DNA from: an uncultured Salinisphaerales bacterium
GTDB taxonomy: Bacteria > Pseudomonadota > Gammaproteobacteria > Nevskiales > OUC007
Assembly (NCBI GenBank): GCA_937896565.1
Contig: CALBOV010000005.1
Span: forward strand, 396 to 64,395
Direction: 5' to 3'
Length of the DNA: 64,000 nucleotides
The notes under the pieces: model-generated
What the model was told of the DNA's origin: nothing
The model's database searches: none
Seen by the model: only the letters and a program-made list of their open reading frames with translations
Part shown: piece by piece, positions 10,601-20,400 of the stretch
Layout: each line of letters begins with the position of its first letter
Numbering within the stretch: position 1 is the stretch's first letter
Position numbers and translations under genes: made by a program

Positions 10601-10928
10601 GCGCATCCGGATAGACGAACGGGACCTCTTCGGCCCAGTCCTCGATGAAGAAGTCGAAGGGATTGAATACGGCCAGATCGGCCAGCAGGTCCACCTCGAC
10701 CTCGAAATGATCGACCTTGTCCGGGAACACGACCCGCGCCTGCCAGTTGTTGTGCGGGTCCTGCTGCCAGTTCAGGAAGTGCGGCTCGGGCCGAACCTTG
10801 AGGGAGTAGCTCTGGACGGGGGTGCGGGCATGCGGCGCGGGGCGCAGCCGGATGATCTGGGGGGTCAGGTTGACCAGGCGATCGTAGCGGTAGGTGGTGC
10901 GATGGTTCAGCGCGACGACGATGCTCAT
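7629..10928 (-). CDS. Transglutaminase domain fused to a DUF2126 putative amidoligase
   Basis: N-terminal Bact_transglu_N segment (IRLRPAPH); triad GSCRDS / LHAWCEV / GLDST; C-terminal DPGVIEVN, GTGGGNH and EFRGFE motifs. Confidence 0.88.
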   Translation of the reverse strand: MSIVVALNHRTTYRYDRLVNLTPQIIRLRPAPHARTPVQSYSLKVRPEPHFLNWQQDPHNNWQARVVFPDKVDHFEVEVDLLADLAVFNPFDFFIEDWAEEVPFVYPDALAEDLGPYLDTPLPASHLGRRFAGLLNAMEPRKPMRTVDFLVMLNQRIADEVDYVIRMEPGVQTPEETLTKGRGSCRDSAWLLAQLLRHMGYATRFCSGYLIQLKPDVKSLDGPSGTDVDFTDLHAWCEVFIPGAGWVGLDSTSGLFCGEGHIPLTATPEPSMAAPVTGGVDPCEVTFEHDMSVQRIIETPRVTKPYTDDQWSAIDALGQSVDEILSENDVRLTQGGEPTFVSIDDFESAEWNTAAVGPTKEARARQLIGRLAERVAPGGLMTFGQGKWYPGESLPRWAYSLHLRRDGEPILEHDLPDTPSDKPPEALVTDARALTEHLAEQIGLKTDFVQPVYEDPWHYIRKERGLPENVDPLDSKLDDLEERTRLAAVFERGLNTPRGFVLPVQRQNSKAGKPWISELWKTRTRHLFLLPGDSPIGFRLPLQSLPWVEEGAYPQVMQDDPTEPKPPLERPPQIMHPSHRATPVDAAPAPQPAASEFGPVRTALTVEPRDGRLHVFMPPTQNAQDYLDLVAAIEQGAQTLGAPVRIEGYPPPSDPRLDKLSVTPDPGVIEVNVQPVADWDAMKEQTFGLYEDARQCRLGTEKFLIDGRAVGTGGGNHVVLGGPTTNDSPFLRRPDVLGSLIRYWQNHPSLSYLFSGLFIGPTSQSPRVDEARDDALYELGIALSELPRKGQDAPPWLVDRILRHLLTDLTGNTHRSEICIDKLYSPDSPTGRLGLIEFRGFEMPPHAQMSLVQQLLLRSLVAWFWETPYEAPLNRFGRTLHDRFLLPEFCWQDFLDVIADLDAAGFAFRPDWFAPHFEFRFPAHGTVTYRGITLELRHALEPWITLGEEPGAGGTARYVDSSTERVQIKVNGLTGDRFAIACNGRQVRLTPTGRTGESVAGVRFRAWKPWSALHPTLGADTPLIFDLVDTWNNRSLGGLTYHVAHPAGRSYDTFPVNAYEAESRRLSRFETVGHTPGPFRFTPAGENPDFPTTLDLRRS

Positions 10929-11002
10929 GGACAATCCAATCGAGGGAAAGACGACAAGAATGATGATCTACACGCCGGCAACATGATGCACAATCTGCAC
11001 CC

Positions 11003-12151
11003 ATGCAAACCTTTCACTGCGTCTGCGGTAACACCATCTTCTTCAAGAATACGCGCTGCGAGGCGTGTGAGCGCAGACTCGCGTTTCTCCCGGACGAACG
11101 TCGCATGTCCGCGGTGGAAAGCGTTGGCGGTGGACGCTGGAAGTCGCCGGAAGGCCGGCAGTATCGCCGCTGCCGCAACTATCGCAAGTACGACATCTGC
11201 AACTGGATGGTGCCGGCGGAGGACCCGAATCCGCACTGCCTGTCCTGCCGGCTGACCGAGCATGCGCCGGATCTGAACGACCCGCGCCAGTCGCTGTACG
11301 TCTATCGCCTGGAGTCGGCCAAGCGGCATTTGCTCTACACCATCCTCCAGCTGGGTCTGCCGGTGCGCACCAAGGCGGAGGATCCGGAATGGGGGCTGGC
11401 GTTCCGTTTCGAGACGGACCGTGATCCGGATACCGAGTTCGTCCACCCGGTGGAAGACGCCGAAGCGGTCTGGACCGGTCATGCCAACGGCACGATCACC
11501 ATCAATCTGGCCGAAGCCGATCACGTGGCGCGCGAGCGCATGCGCGTTCAGATGAAGGAACGGTATCGCACGCTGCTCGGCCACTTCCGGCACGAGATCG
11601 GTCACTACTACTGGGCGCTGCTGGTCGACGGTACCGACATGCATGCGCGCTATCGCGACCTGTTCGGGGACGAGCGCCAGGACTACGCCAAGGTGCTTCA
11701 GCGCTACTACAAGCGCGGCGCCCCACGCGACTGGAACGAACGGTTCATCAGCCCCTACGCGAGCTCCCATCCCTGGGAGGACTGGGCCGAATCCTTCGCC
11801 CACTATCTGCACATGATCGACACGCTGGGCACGGCCAACGACTTTGGCTTCGTCGTGCAGGGTCGGCAGATTCCACCGGCTCCCTACCCGGATGCGGTGC
11901 TCGCCGCGGACACGCCCTTCGACGAGATTCTCGACCTGTTCGTGCATCTGAGCATCGGCCTGAATGCGATCAGCCGCTCCATGGGCGTGGCCGACCTGTA
12001 TCCGTTCGTACTGTGCGCCCCGGCGAAGGAGAAGCTACGCTTCGTGCATGAAGTGATTCACGCGCGATCCTCGCATCGCGGCGTTGACCAGATGTCGCTG
12101 TTCGATGCCCGCAACGCACGGGATCAGGCGATTTCCGCCGCGGAGACCTGA
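11003..12151 (+). CDS. Zinc-ribbon plus putative zinc metallopeptidase (DUF2248 / Peptidase_Mx)
   Basis: CxC..CxxC and CNW..CLSC ribbons; YRTLLGHFRHEIGHYYW (HExxH); HPWEDWAE. Confidence 0.85.
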   Translation: MQTFHCVCGNTIFFKNTRCEACERRLAFLPDERRMSAVESVGGGRWKSPEGRQYRRCRNYRKYDICNWMVPAEDPNPHCLSCRLTEHAPDLNDPRQSLYVYRLESAKRHLLYTILQLGLPVRTKAEDPEWGLAFRFETDRDPDTEFVHPVEDAEAVWTGHANGTITINLAEADHVARERMRVQMKERYRTLLGHFRHEIGHYYWALLVDGTDMHARYRDLFGDERQDYAKVLQRYYKRGAPRDWNERFISPYASSHPWEDWAESFAHYLHMIDTLGTANDFGFVVQGRQIPPAPYPDAVLAADTPFDEILDLFVHLSIGLNAISRSMGVADLYPFVLCAPAKEKLRFVHEVIHARSSHRGVDQMSLFDARNARDQAISAAET

Positions 12152-13092
12152 TGCTGTTCAAGTTCGTCGACGCCCCCGCGCAAACCCTTGCGCTCAACAT
12201 GATCAACAGCGCGAGCCGCACCATCGGCGAAGGGATCGAGGCCACGCTGCTCAAGTACAAATGGGGTCAGGCGGGTTTTGACGATCGATCGCTGGCGGAT
12301 GCGCTGACACAGTTGCTGGATGACGAGTGGCTGGAAATTCATCACCCCCGCGACGAGCCGATGCTGCGGTTCTCGCCGAGGGCCTACGAGGATTTCGTCC
12401 GCAACAACGTGTACGGCGAAATGGTCAACGAGCTGCCGGAGCGCGTGAACGACCCCGCCGAGCGCCCGCTGACCGAGTACGAGCTGCGCCAGGCCGTGCT
12501 GGACATCTACCGCGAGCTGTCGCTGGCCCGGCACGGCCAGGTGCCGTCATCCACGTTGGCCCGCTTCTGGCGCGAGGCGGATCGCCGTTCCGAGGACCTG
12601 CGTCTGGCCCTGGACATCCTGGTGCGTGACGGCTACCTGGAAATCGTCCGGCGCGAGTTCGACACCCAGTTCCGGCTCACCACGGCGGGCGCCTCCTACA
12701 TGGACGGACCACCGGCGCCGGACGCCCTGGTTGCGCAGATGCGGCCGGCCGATCCGCTGATCAGCCGCTGCCCGCGGCTGCAGGACCGCGCGCTGACACG
12801 CCACCTGATCACCCGCATCCATGGGCCGGAAACGGTCTTCGATTTCAAAACCCTCAGCACGCTGTGGGAGCAGGAGGGTCTGCACCGCGACTGGCTGGTG
12901 CTGGGCTGTGAGCTGCTGCTCAAGCGCGGCTACTTCGAGGTTGCGGACGCCAGGCCGCTGCGCCTGGTTCTCACCGAGCGCGGCGCGTCACTGCGCGATC
13001 ACGCCATGGGCCGGGTCAGCCGTCTGCGTGACCGGCTGGCGGTCAAGCAGGCGGTGGATGACCTGCACGAAGCGCTGGGTCAGGCCGACTAG
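12151..13092 (+). CDS. Hypothetical protein with three tandem winged-helix-like repeats
   Basis: Overlaps the upstream stop by 1 bp (TGATG). Three ~95-100 aa repeats of the form L..W...G....L..A...L...G(W/Y)LE......LT..G. Confidence 0.65.
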   Translation: MLFKFVDAPAQTLALNMINSASRTIGEGIEATLLKYKWGQAGFDDRSLADALTQLLDDEWLEIHHPRDEPMLRFSPRAYEDFVRNNVYGEMVNELPERVNDPAERPLTEYELRQAVLDIYRELSLARHGQVPSSTLARFWREADRRSEDLRLALDILVRDGYLEIVRREFDTQFRLTTAGASYMDGPPAPDALVAQMRPADPLISRCPRLQDRALTRHLITRIHGPETVFDFKTLSTLWEQEGLHRDWLVLGCELLLKRGYFEVADARPLRLVLTERGASLRDHAMGRVSRLRDRLAVKQAVDDLHEALGQAD

Positions 13093-13178
13093 GGCGCATC
13101 GGCGCCTGCCGCCGGGACATCCCGGCCAGCCATGCGATAATCCGCGCCCCATTTTTTCGCCTGGCGCAGGAATCCGTC

Positions 13179-14234
13179 ATGTCCGTGTTTGACCATCCCG
13201 AGTTCGATCAGCACGAATGCGTGCACTTCGTTCATGACGAGGCATCGGGATTGCGGGCGATTATCGCCGTGCACAACACGGCGCGCGGGCCGGCCCTGGG
13301 TGGCTGCCGGATGTGGCCGTATGCGTCCAGTGCCGATGCCCTGACCGACGTGCTGCGGCTGTCTCGCGGCATGACCTACAAGTCGGCGATGGCGAATATC
13401 GATCTCGGCGGTGGCAAGTCCGTGATAATTGGCGATTCGCGCCAGATGAAGTCCGAGGCGCTGGTACGGGCAATGGGTCGCGCCGTGGATCGTCTCGGCG
13501 GGCTCTACGTCGCCGCGGAGGATTCCGGCACCTCGGTGGCGGACTTGCGCCTGATGGGCGAGGTCACCGCCCATGTCGGCGGCGTGATCGAACGTCCGGG
13601 ACCGGGTGGGGAGCCGCACAGCGGCGACCCGTCACCGGCGACCGCGCTGGGTGTGTTTCACGGACTGGCGGCAGCGGTGCGGTTCCAGCTGCAGCGCGAC
13701 GACCTCGACGGTGTCCGCGTCGCGATCCAGGGCGTGGGGAACGTCGGTTACCGGCTGGCCGGCCACCTGCATGCGGCCGGGGCGAAGCTGGTCGTCGCCG
13801 ACATCCATCAGCCGAACATCGACCGGGCGGTGGAGGCCTATGGAGCCGAGGTCGTGCCCGTGTCGGAGATCGATGCCCAGGACGTGGATGTGTTCGCGCC
13901 CTGCGCGCTGGGCTCGGCGATCAACGCGCTGACACTGTCGCGGCTGAAGGCCCGGGTGATTGCCGGGGCCGCGAACAATCAGCTGGATCGACCCGAGCAT
14001 GATCAGGCGTTGCTGGATCGCGGCATCCTCTACGCGCCGGACTATGTGATCAACGCCGGCGGCATCATCGACATCTTCTACGAGCGGACCGGCTACACTT
14101 GGGACAAGGTGGAACGCCACCTGCGCGGCATTGGCGACACCGTGACCGAGGTGTTCGAACGCTCGCGACGGGATGGCATTCCGACCGGCCGGGTCGCGGA
14201 CCTGATCGCGGAGTCGCGCTTCCGGCGCGGCTGA
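13179..14234 (+). CDS. Leu/Phe/Val (ELFV-family) amino-acid dehydrogenase
   Basis: [30 protein letters not shown] and [11 protein letters not shown] motifs. Confidence 0.92.
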   Translation: MSVFDHPEFDQHECVHFVHDEASGLRAIIAVHNTARGPALGGCRMWPYASSADALTDVLRLSRGMTYKSAMANIDLGGGKSVIIGDSRQMKSEALVRAMGRAVDRLGGLYVAAEDSGTSVADLRLMGEVTAHVGGVIERPGPGGEPHSGDPSPATALGVFHGLAAAVRFQLQRDDLDGVRVAIQGVGNVGYRLAGHLHAAGAKLVVADIHQPNIDRAVEAYGAEVVPVSEIDAQDVDVFAPCALGSAINALTLSRLKARVIAGAANNQLDRPEHDQALLDRGILYAPDYVINAGGIIDIFYERTGYTWDKVERHLRGIGDTVTEVFERSRRDGIPTGRVADLIAESRFRRG

Positions 14235-14253
14235 CCGTCCCCGGCCGGGCGCG

Positions 14254-16047
14254 TCAGCCGCTGTGCAGGGCGGTGGGCGCGACCTTGAGCACCTCGTCCA
14301 GGCTGGTGGCGCCCTGCGCCACCTTGATCGCGCCGCTGATGCGCAGCGGGCGGGTGCCTTCGCGGACGGCCAGCCGACGCAGTTGCTCCAGGTCCATGTC
14401 GTTGCGCACCGCCTCGGTTAGCGCGTCGTTCATTTCCATCACTTCGTAGAGGCCGGCGCGGCCCTGGTAACCCGTCTTGCGGCATTCCGGGCAGCCCACG
14501 GGCTCAAATACCGAGGTTGGCGCGTCGATGCTGTGGCCCACGGTCAGCGCCGCCCATTTCTCCGTGTCGAGATCGGTGGCGCGCTTGCACTCCGGACAGA
14601 GCTGGCGGGTGAGCCGCTGCGCCACCACGCCCAGCAGCGTGGCGCGGATCAGATAGGCCGGGATGCCCAGTTCGGTCAGCCGCGTGATGGCGGATGGCGC
14701 ATCGTTGGTGTGCAGCGTCGACAGCACCAGATGGCCGGTCAGCGCCGCCTGGATGGCGATCTCGGCCGTTTCCAGGTCGCGGATCTCGCCGACCATCACG
14801 ATGTCCGGGTCCTGGCGCAGCACCGTGCGCACACCGGAGGCGAAGGTCACGTCGATGTTGGCCTGCACCTGCATCTGGTTGAAGCTCGGTTCGACCAGTT
14901 CGATCGGATCCTCGATGGTGCAGATGTTCACCTCGGGCGTCGCCAGGTGCTTGAGCGTCGAGTAAAGCGTCGTGGTCTTGCCCGAGCCCGTGGGGCCGGT
15001 GACCAGGACGATGCCGTTCGGCCGCGTGGTCATGCGCGTCCAGCGTTCCCGGTCCTGCGGCTCGAAGCCCAGCGCATCGAAATCGCGCACGAGGATGTCG
15101 GGATCGAATACCCGCATCACCAGTTTTTCGCCGAAGGCCGTGGGCATGGTCGAAAGCCGCAGCTCGACCTCGCGCCCCTCGGGGCTGCGGGTCTTGATCC
15201 GGCCGTCCTGCGGGCGGCGTTTCTCCGCGACGTTCATGCGGCCGAGGATCTTCACCCGGCTGGTCACCGCGGTCATGACCGACGGCGGAATCTCGTACAC
15301 GGCATGGAGCACGCCATCGATGCGGAAGCGGATCCGGCCGCCGTTGCGGCGCGGCTCCATGTGGATGTCGCTGGCGCGCTGTTCGAAGGCGTATTGCAGC
15401 AGCCAGTCGACGATGTTCACGACGTGACTGTCGTTGGCGTCGAGCTGCCCGCGGCGGCCCAGATCCATCAGTTGTTCGAGGCTGTGGAAGGAGGGGCTCG
15501 TGCCCTGGCCGGAACGCTCCTGTTCGCTGGCCGTCACCGAATGGGACAAGGCGTAGAACTCGACCAGATAGCGCTCGATGTCCTCCGGGTTGGCGACCAC
15601 GCGACGCACCTTGTGGCCCGAAACCTTGGCCAGGTCGCTCTCCCAGTCCCGTTCGCCGGGGGTGGCGGTGGCCACGGTGATGTACTCGTCGTCGACGCGA
15701 ATGGGCAGAATGCCCGCCCGCGCCGCGTAGGCGTAGGGCACCACCGAGGTGACCTGGCGGCTGTCGATGCGCAGCGGATCGATGCGGTAGTACTCCAGTC
15801 CGTGGCGGTCGGCGGACCAGTGGGTCAGCGCTTCCAGCGTGAGCACGCGTTCCGGATCATCCGCGCGGGCGAGGCCGGCGGCGGCGACCGCGGACAGCGG
15901 ATGCCGGGGCTGCTCCGCGCCGGCTTCGGCGCGCAGCACCTGTTCGGCGTCCGCTCGGGTCAGGATGCCGTCGTCGACCAGGGCGCGCAGCGTGTTCTGG
16001 AGCTCGGAACGGTCGTAGCGGGCGCGGCGGGCAACTGAACTGTTCAT
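14254..16047 (-). CDS. GspE/PulE/PilB-family secretion ATPase (orphan)
   Basis: ASDIHMEP, Walker A GPTGSGKTT, TIEDPIE, RQDPDIVMVGEIRD, TGHLVLSTLHTN and a tetracysteine motif. Confidence 0.92.
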   Translation of the reverse strand: MNSSVARRARYDRSELQNTLRALVDDGILTRADAEQVLRAEAGAEQPRHPLSAVAAAGLARADDPERVLTLEALTHWSADRHGLEYYRIDPLRIDSRQVTSVVPYAYAARAGILPIRVDDEYITVATATPGERDWESDLAKVSGHKVRRVVANPEDIERYLVEFYALSHSVTASEQERSGQGTSPSFHSLEQLMDLGRRGQLDANDSHVVNIVDWLLQYAFEQRASDIHMEPRRNGGRIRFRIDGVLHAVYEIPPSVMTAVTSRVKILGRMNVAEKRRPQDGRIKTRSPEGREVELRLSTMPTAFGEKLVMRVFDPDILVRDFDALGFEPQDRERWTRMTTRPNGIVLVTGPTGSGKTTTLYSTLKHLATPEVNICTIEDPIELVEPSFNQMQVQANIDVTFASGVRTVLRQDPDIVMVGEIRDLETAEIAIQAALTGHLVLSTLHTNDAPSAITRLTELGIPAYLIRATLLGVVAQRLTRQLCPECKRATDLDTEKWAALTVGHSIDAPTSVFEPVGCPECRKTGYQGRAGLYEVMEMNDALTEAVRNDMDLEQLRRLAVREGTRPLRISGAIKVAQGATSLDEVLKVAPTALHSG

Positions 16048-16176
16048 GGCGCAACGCTACCATCGCCCGGACGATCTGCCTATGTTGCGCAATTCGTGTC
16101 TGTTTTAAGCCCGAAAATCACCGAAACGGCGGGATTTTCGGTGGAAATCGAAGGGTGTGTCGGTTAACGTTTTTTT

Positions 16177-16686
16177 ATGCGAATGATCTTTCCATGTGCC
16201 TTGGCGCGTGTCGGCCTGCTGGCGTTGCTGCTGGCGGGCGTCGGCGGGTGTGGCCTGATGAAGAAAGTCCCGGAGCCGGAAGACGTCCGCGTCTCCGAAA
16301 TCCGCCGGTCCATTCACTGCGGAACCGAGCAGCGTCATGCTGCGCTGTCGTATTTCGCGACTCCGGAGGAGTGGCAGGGCTGGCAGGCGGATCGGGGTCT
16401 GGAAATCGTGCCGCCGGAAAAGCTGCCGGATGGGCCGCTGCTGCTGCTGGAGATGGGGCAGCGCCGGACCGGTGGTTATTTCATCGAGCCCAAGACCGAT
16501 GCCACGATCGACCGGGACCGGGTGATGTGGCTAGCCGGTGAATGGATCAAGCCTGGCAAGGACCGGATGGTGACGCAGATGCTGACCAGCCCTTGCGTCT
16601 TGCTGTCCATTCCGCCCCGTGATTACCGCGGGTTCCGGATCATTGATCAGAATGAGGAGCTGCGCTCGAGCCTGGATCTGAGCTAG
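16177..16686 (+). CDS. Lipoprotein with a PrcB C-terminal-like domain
   Basis: Lipobox VGGC; MGQRRTGGY and MVTQMLTSP match the PrcB_C pattern. Confidence 0.7.
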   Translation: MRMIFPCALARVGLLALLLAGVGGCGLMKKVPEPEDVRVSEIRRSIHCGTEQRHAALSYFATPEEWQGWQADRGLEIVPPEKLPDGPLLLLEMGQRRTGGYFIEPKTDATIDRDRVMWLAGEWIKPGKDRMVTQMLTSPCVLLSIPPRDYRGFRIIDQNEELRSSLDLS

Positions 16687-16798
16687 GGCATGTTCGGGCC
16701 GAACCGCGCGACCACGCAGGATCACGCGGACGGCCGATCACCAACCTGAGGGGACACGACCGCGGCGGGAGTTCCGGCGCGGGCGCGAGGACAACACC

Positions 16799-17710
16799 AT
16801 GTACCGACTGTTTGCGCAGTTGCGCGGCGTTTGCGTGATGCTGCTGGTCGCGGCCCAGACCATCGTGCTGGGCACACTGATCTTCCTGATTACCCCGCTG
16901 AAATTCGTCACCTGGGGCCGCTGGCGCTCCCGCGTGGTTGGCGTGCTGGAGAGAATTGCCCACCGTGGCTGGTGCGCGTTCAACGGCTGGATCATGCGTC
17001 ACCTGCTGCCGACGCGATGGACCATCCGCGGGGACGAGCATGTGACGCGAGGGCGGACTTATCTGCTCATGGCCAATCACCGGAGCTGGAACGACCTGTT
17101 CGCGATGATGGTGGCGTTCACCAATCACGTGCCGCCATACAAGGTGTTCATCAAGCAGCAGCTGATCTGGCTGCCCATCGTCGGTCAGGTGGTGTGGGCG
17201 CTGGATTTTCCGTTCATGAAGCGGTTCACGCGTGAGCAGATCGAAGCCGACCCTGGCCTCAAGGGCCGGGACGTGGAAACCACGCGGCGGATGTTCGCCC
17301 GCTACGGTGACCGTCAGGTCACGATCTTCAACTTCGTCGAGGGCACGCGGATCACCCCGGCCAAGCACGCGGCGCAGCAGTCGCCTTACCGGCATCTGCT
17401 CAAGCCGCGCGCGGGTGGCGTGGCCTATGCCATCCGCGCCATCGGCGACAAGCTGGATGCGGTGCTGGACGTGACGTTCTACTACGTTGGTGGGCCGTGG
17501 TCGTTCTGGGACCTGTTCTGCGGCTTGGTGCCGGAGGTGATCGTCGATGTGCGCGAGATTCAGCCGCCGGCCGCGATTGCCGAAGGCGACTACAGCACCG
17601 ATGACGCGGCCCGCGAGGCCGCGCAGGCCTGGATCACCGAGATCTGGAATGACAAGGACGCTCTGCTGGAGCAGCTGGCCGCCGAGCACGGCGACCGTGC
17701 GCGGGTCTAG
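16799..17710 (+). CDS. YihG-like lysophospholipid acyltransferase (PlsC superfamily)
   Basis: NHRSWND (HX4D), WALDFPFMKR, FVEGTR and SPYRHLLKPRAGG motifs. Confidence 0.88.
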   Translation: MYRLFAQLRGVCVMLLVAAQTIVLGTLIFLITPLKFVTWGRWRSRVVGVLERIAHRGWCAFNGWIMRHLLPTRWTIRGDEHVTRGRTYLLMANHRSWNDLFAMMVAFTNHVPPYKVFIKQQLIWLPIVGQVVWALDFPFMKRFTREQIEADPGLKGRDVETTRRMFARYGDRQVTIFNFVEGTRITPAKHAAQQSPYRHLLKPRAGGVAYAIRAIGDKLDAVLDVTFYYVGGPWSFWDLFCGLVPEVIVDVREIQPPAAIAEGDYSTDDAAREAAQAWITEIWNDKDALLEQLAAEHGDRARV

Positions 17711-20400
17711 TGCGCCGGTCCTCGAACGGGCTCGTCCCGAGGGTGTTCGGCGATCTGCCGCGTCGCCCGCGCCAGCCGCTCGGCCTGGATGCTGTTGAGA
17801 TTGCGATAGACCAGTGACGCCACCCGCGGATGGCGGCGTCGCAGCCGCTCCAGATCGTCGGTGTCGAAGTCCAGCACGCGCAGATCCGTCAGTGCCGTGA
17901 CGTTGGCGGTTCGCCGCGTGGAGAAGTAGCCGGTTTCACCCAGCGTGGTGCCGCGACCGACCCGATTGATGTCGACTTCCTCACCCTGGCTGTCCACCCA
18001 GACGCGGGCGGTGCCCTCGACGATGACGTAGATGTCCCGTGCCAGATCGCCCTCGCGGATGAAGCGGGTGCCGGCGGGAATCGTGCGCAGATTGGACAGC
18101 AGCGCGAAAACCCGGGCCTGTCGCGGTGACATGTCCGCCAGCAGCGGAATACTCTTCTGCGGGGCTTCGCCCAGGTCCACGCGCAGCACGTCCCACAGTG
18201 TGACCACATCGGCACGCAGGCCGACCACGGGGGCCACGGTGAGGTCGCAAAGCCAGGCGATGGCCAGTGTGGATGCGGCCAGCCAGCCGAACAGGACCTG
18301 AGAGTGGAACGGGCTTACCGTCAGCGTGAGGAAGCCGATGCAGGTCGCCAGCGTGGTCAGTGTCACCGGGCGGATGACGTCGCGCAGCGCCAGCCGGGTG
18401 GCTTCCCGGGCATTGGCCCGTTCACGGGCATGGTGATTGAAGCGGACGAGGTAGTGCAGGGTGTCGTCCACCGCGATGCCCAGCACGATGCAGGCGACCA
18501 GCGCCGTGGTCGGTCCCAGCGGCAGGCCGCTCCAGCCGATCAGGCCGAAGAACAGCGCCACCGGCACCAGGTTCGGCAGCATCGCGAACGCGGCCGCGCG
18601 GACCGAGGCGAACACGATGGAGAGAATCGCGAAGATCGCGGCGAAGGCGGCGAGGAACGAAAAGGCCTGTCCGCTGGTGAGCTTGTTCACCGTTCGCGCG
18701 AAGGTCACGGCGTTGCCGGTGAGCTGGATGTCCAGGCCGGGCGGAAAGCTTTGCAGGCGCTGTTCCACGCGTTCGACCAGTTCGGTGATCTCGCGGGTGT
18801 TCTGCACCGGCGTGCCGACGTGCACCCGTGTCTCCGAGAACTGCAGGTTGGTGTAGTCGTACACGTCATCCGGCGCGGCGGCGATGATCAACTGCTTGGC
18901 GAGCGTCGGATTCGTCGGCAGGGCCGCGTCGCGTGGAGCGTCACCGAAGCGGATGTTGAGTTCTTCCAGGATGTTGGTCAGACCGTAGCTGCCCTGGATT
19001 TCCGGCTGTTCGGCCAGCCAGTCCTGCAACCGGGCCAGGGCCTGGAGCAGGTCCGGTTGCAGCACGGCGCCGGGTGTGGACGTGCGGACCAGCACCGAAA
19101 ACCCGGTCGTGCTCCACAACGCGTCGGTGACGGTCGCGTAGTCCTGGCGCACGATGTCGTGGTCCGGCAGGTCATCGACCAGATTGGCTTCCGTTTGCAG
19201 GCGCAGCGCCCCGAGCACACCGACCAGCAGACAGAACACGGAGAATCGCAGCACCCAGCGACCGAACCGGGCGTTCCATCTCGCGAGGCGCGTGGTCAGC
19301 GCGTCGAGGATGCGATCCAGCGGGCGCCCCGCGCGTGGGCAGGCCCCCAGCATGTCCATGGCGGCTGGCGACCAGTAACGCGTGACCAGTGCGCTGGCGG
19401 CGACACCCAGCGCCGAGGCCAGCGCGAAGCTGCGGATCGCGGGTGTCGGATGCACGGCCAGCGCCAGCAGGCCGACGGCGGTGGTCAGCGCGGTGACCAT
19501 CAGCGGCAGCGCGATCGTTTGCGCACCGCGGGTGGCGTCGTCGTGATGTTCGGTCGCCGACAGCAGGTGCATCTGGTAGGCGACGGTCAGGGTCGCGACC
19601 AGCGGCACGATCAGGGTCGTGACCAGATTCAGCGTACCCCCGATTGCCGCCAGCGCGGTCAGGGCGGCGATGACCGACAGCGCGATGGAGATCACCGCGA
19701 CCAGTACCAGCCGGATACAGCGGAACGCGATCAGCAGGACCAGTACGAAGGCCAGCGCCAGCAGTGGCAGCACTTGCTGCAGTTGTTGCTGGAGGCTGGA
19801 CGAAATGGCATGGCTGACCAGCGGCCCGCCCGTCGCCGCGAGCGTCAGGTCGGTGTCGCTCATGGCAGCCCGGGCGAGGTCTACCAGTGCGCGGGCGCGT
19901 TCGGGCGGGGCGGCCGAGGCGGCATCCAGCGTGATGTGAATGCCCGCGGCGTGGCGGTCCGCGGAGACCAGGCGTCCCCTGAGCAGCGGATGGGTCAGCA
20001 GCGTGTCCAGTGCCACACGGGCTTGCGCGTCCGGGTCGTCCAGCCAGCCCCCGATCGACATCAGCTCCACGCTGTCGTCAAAGCTGACCGGGATCTGGAT
20101 GTTGGTCAGCGACCGGATCTTCGCGCCGTCCGCCTGCTGTTCGAGGATCGATGTGACCCGATCGACCTGCGCGAGGTGGGTGGGGCTTAGTGCGGTGTCG
20201 GCGCTCAGCAGGATCATCAGTTCGTCGCGCTGCACCGTGGCGGGGCCCAGGTCCGCCGGGTCGATTAGCGCCTCCGTGCTCGGATCGAAGCGCAGGCCGC
20301 CGAGCTCGGCCCAGGCCAGCCAGATGCAGGCGGCGCACGCGGCCAGCAAGGTGGCGAGCACGCCGGTGGTGGGCGCGCCGAACCTGCCGCCGTGGTTCAA
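17707..20400 (-). CDS. MMPL/RND transporter with a C-terminal cyclic-nucleotide-binding domain
   Basis: GIAVDDTLHY motif; C-terminal FIREGD..IYVIVEG..GTTLGE..RRTANV cNMP fold; TTG start overlapping the upstream stop. Confidence 0.85.
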   Translation of the reverse strand: MNHGGRFGAPTTGVLATLLAACAACIWLAWAELGGLRFDPSTEALIDPADLGPATVQRDELMILLSADTALSPTHLAQVDRVTSILEQQADGAKIRSLTNIQIPVSFDDSVELMSIGGWLDDPDAQARVALDTLLTHPLLRGRLVSADRHAAGIHITLDAASAAPPERARALVDLARAAMSDTDLTLAATGGPLVSHAISSSLQQQLQQVLPLLALAFVLVLLIAFRCIRLVLVAVISIALSVIAALTALAAIGGTLNLVTTLIVPLVATLTVAYQMHLLSATEHHDDATRGAQTIALPLMVTALTTAVGLLALAVHPTPAIRSFALASALGVAASALVTRYWSPAAMDMLGACPRAGRPLDRILDALTTRLARWNARFGRWVLRFSVFCLLVGVLGALRLQTEANLVDDLPDHDIVRQDYATVTDALWSTTGFSVLVRTSTPGAVLQPDLLQALARLQDWLAEQPEIQGSYGLTNILEELNIRFGDAPRDAALPTNPTLAKQLIIAAAPDDVYDYTNLQFSETRVHVGTPVQNTREITELVERVEQRLQSFPPGLDIQLTGNAVTFARTVNKLTSGQAFSFLAAFAAIFAILSIVFASVRAAAFAMLPNLVPVALFFGLIGWSGLPLGPTTALVACIVLGIAVDDTLHYLVRFNHHARERANAREATRLALRDVIRPVTLTTLATCIGFLTLTVSPFHSQVLFGWLAASTLAIAWLCDLTVAPVVGLRADVVTLWDVLRVDLGEAPQKSIPLLADMSPRQARVFALLSNLRTIPAGTRFIREGDLARDIYVIVEGTARVWVDSQGEEVDINRVGRGTTLGETGYFSTRRTANVTALTDLRVLDFDTDDLERLRRRHPRVASLVYRNLNSIQAERLARATRQIAEHPRDEPVRGPAH

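Noticed and set aside
10929-11002. Sigma54 or NtrC sites in the transglutaminase/peptidase spacer
   Set aside because: No GG-N10-GC element with correct spacing and no full TGCAC-N7-GTGCA dyad could be found.
16687-16798. Several GGA motifs in the yihG-like leader as CsrA sites
   Set aside because: The density is not clearly above chance in GC-rich DNA and there is no convincing hairpin context.
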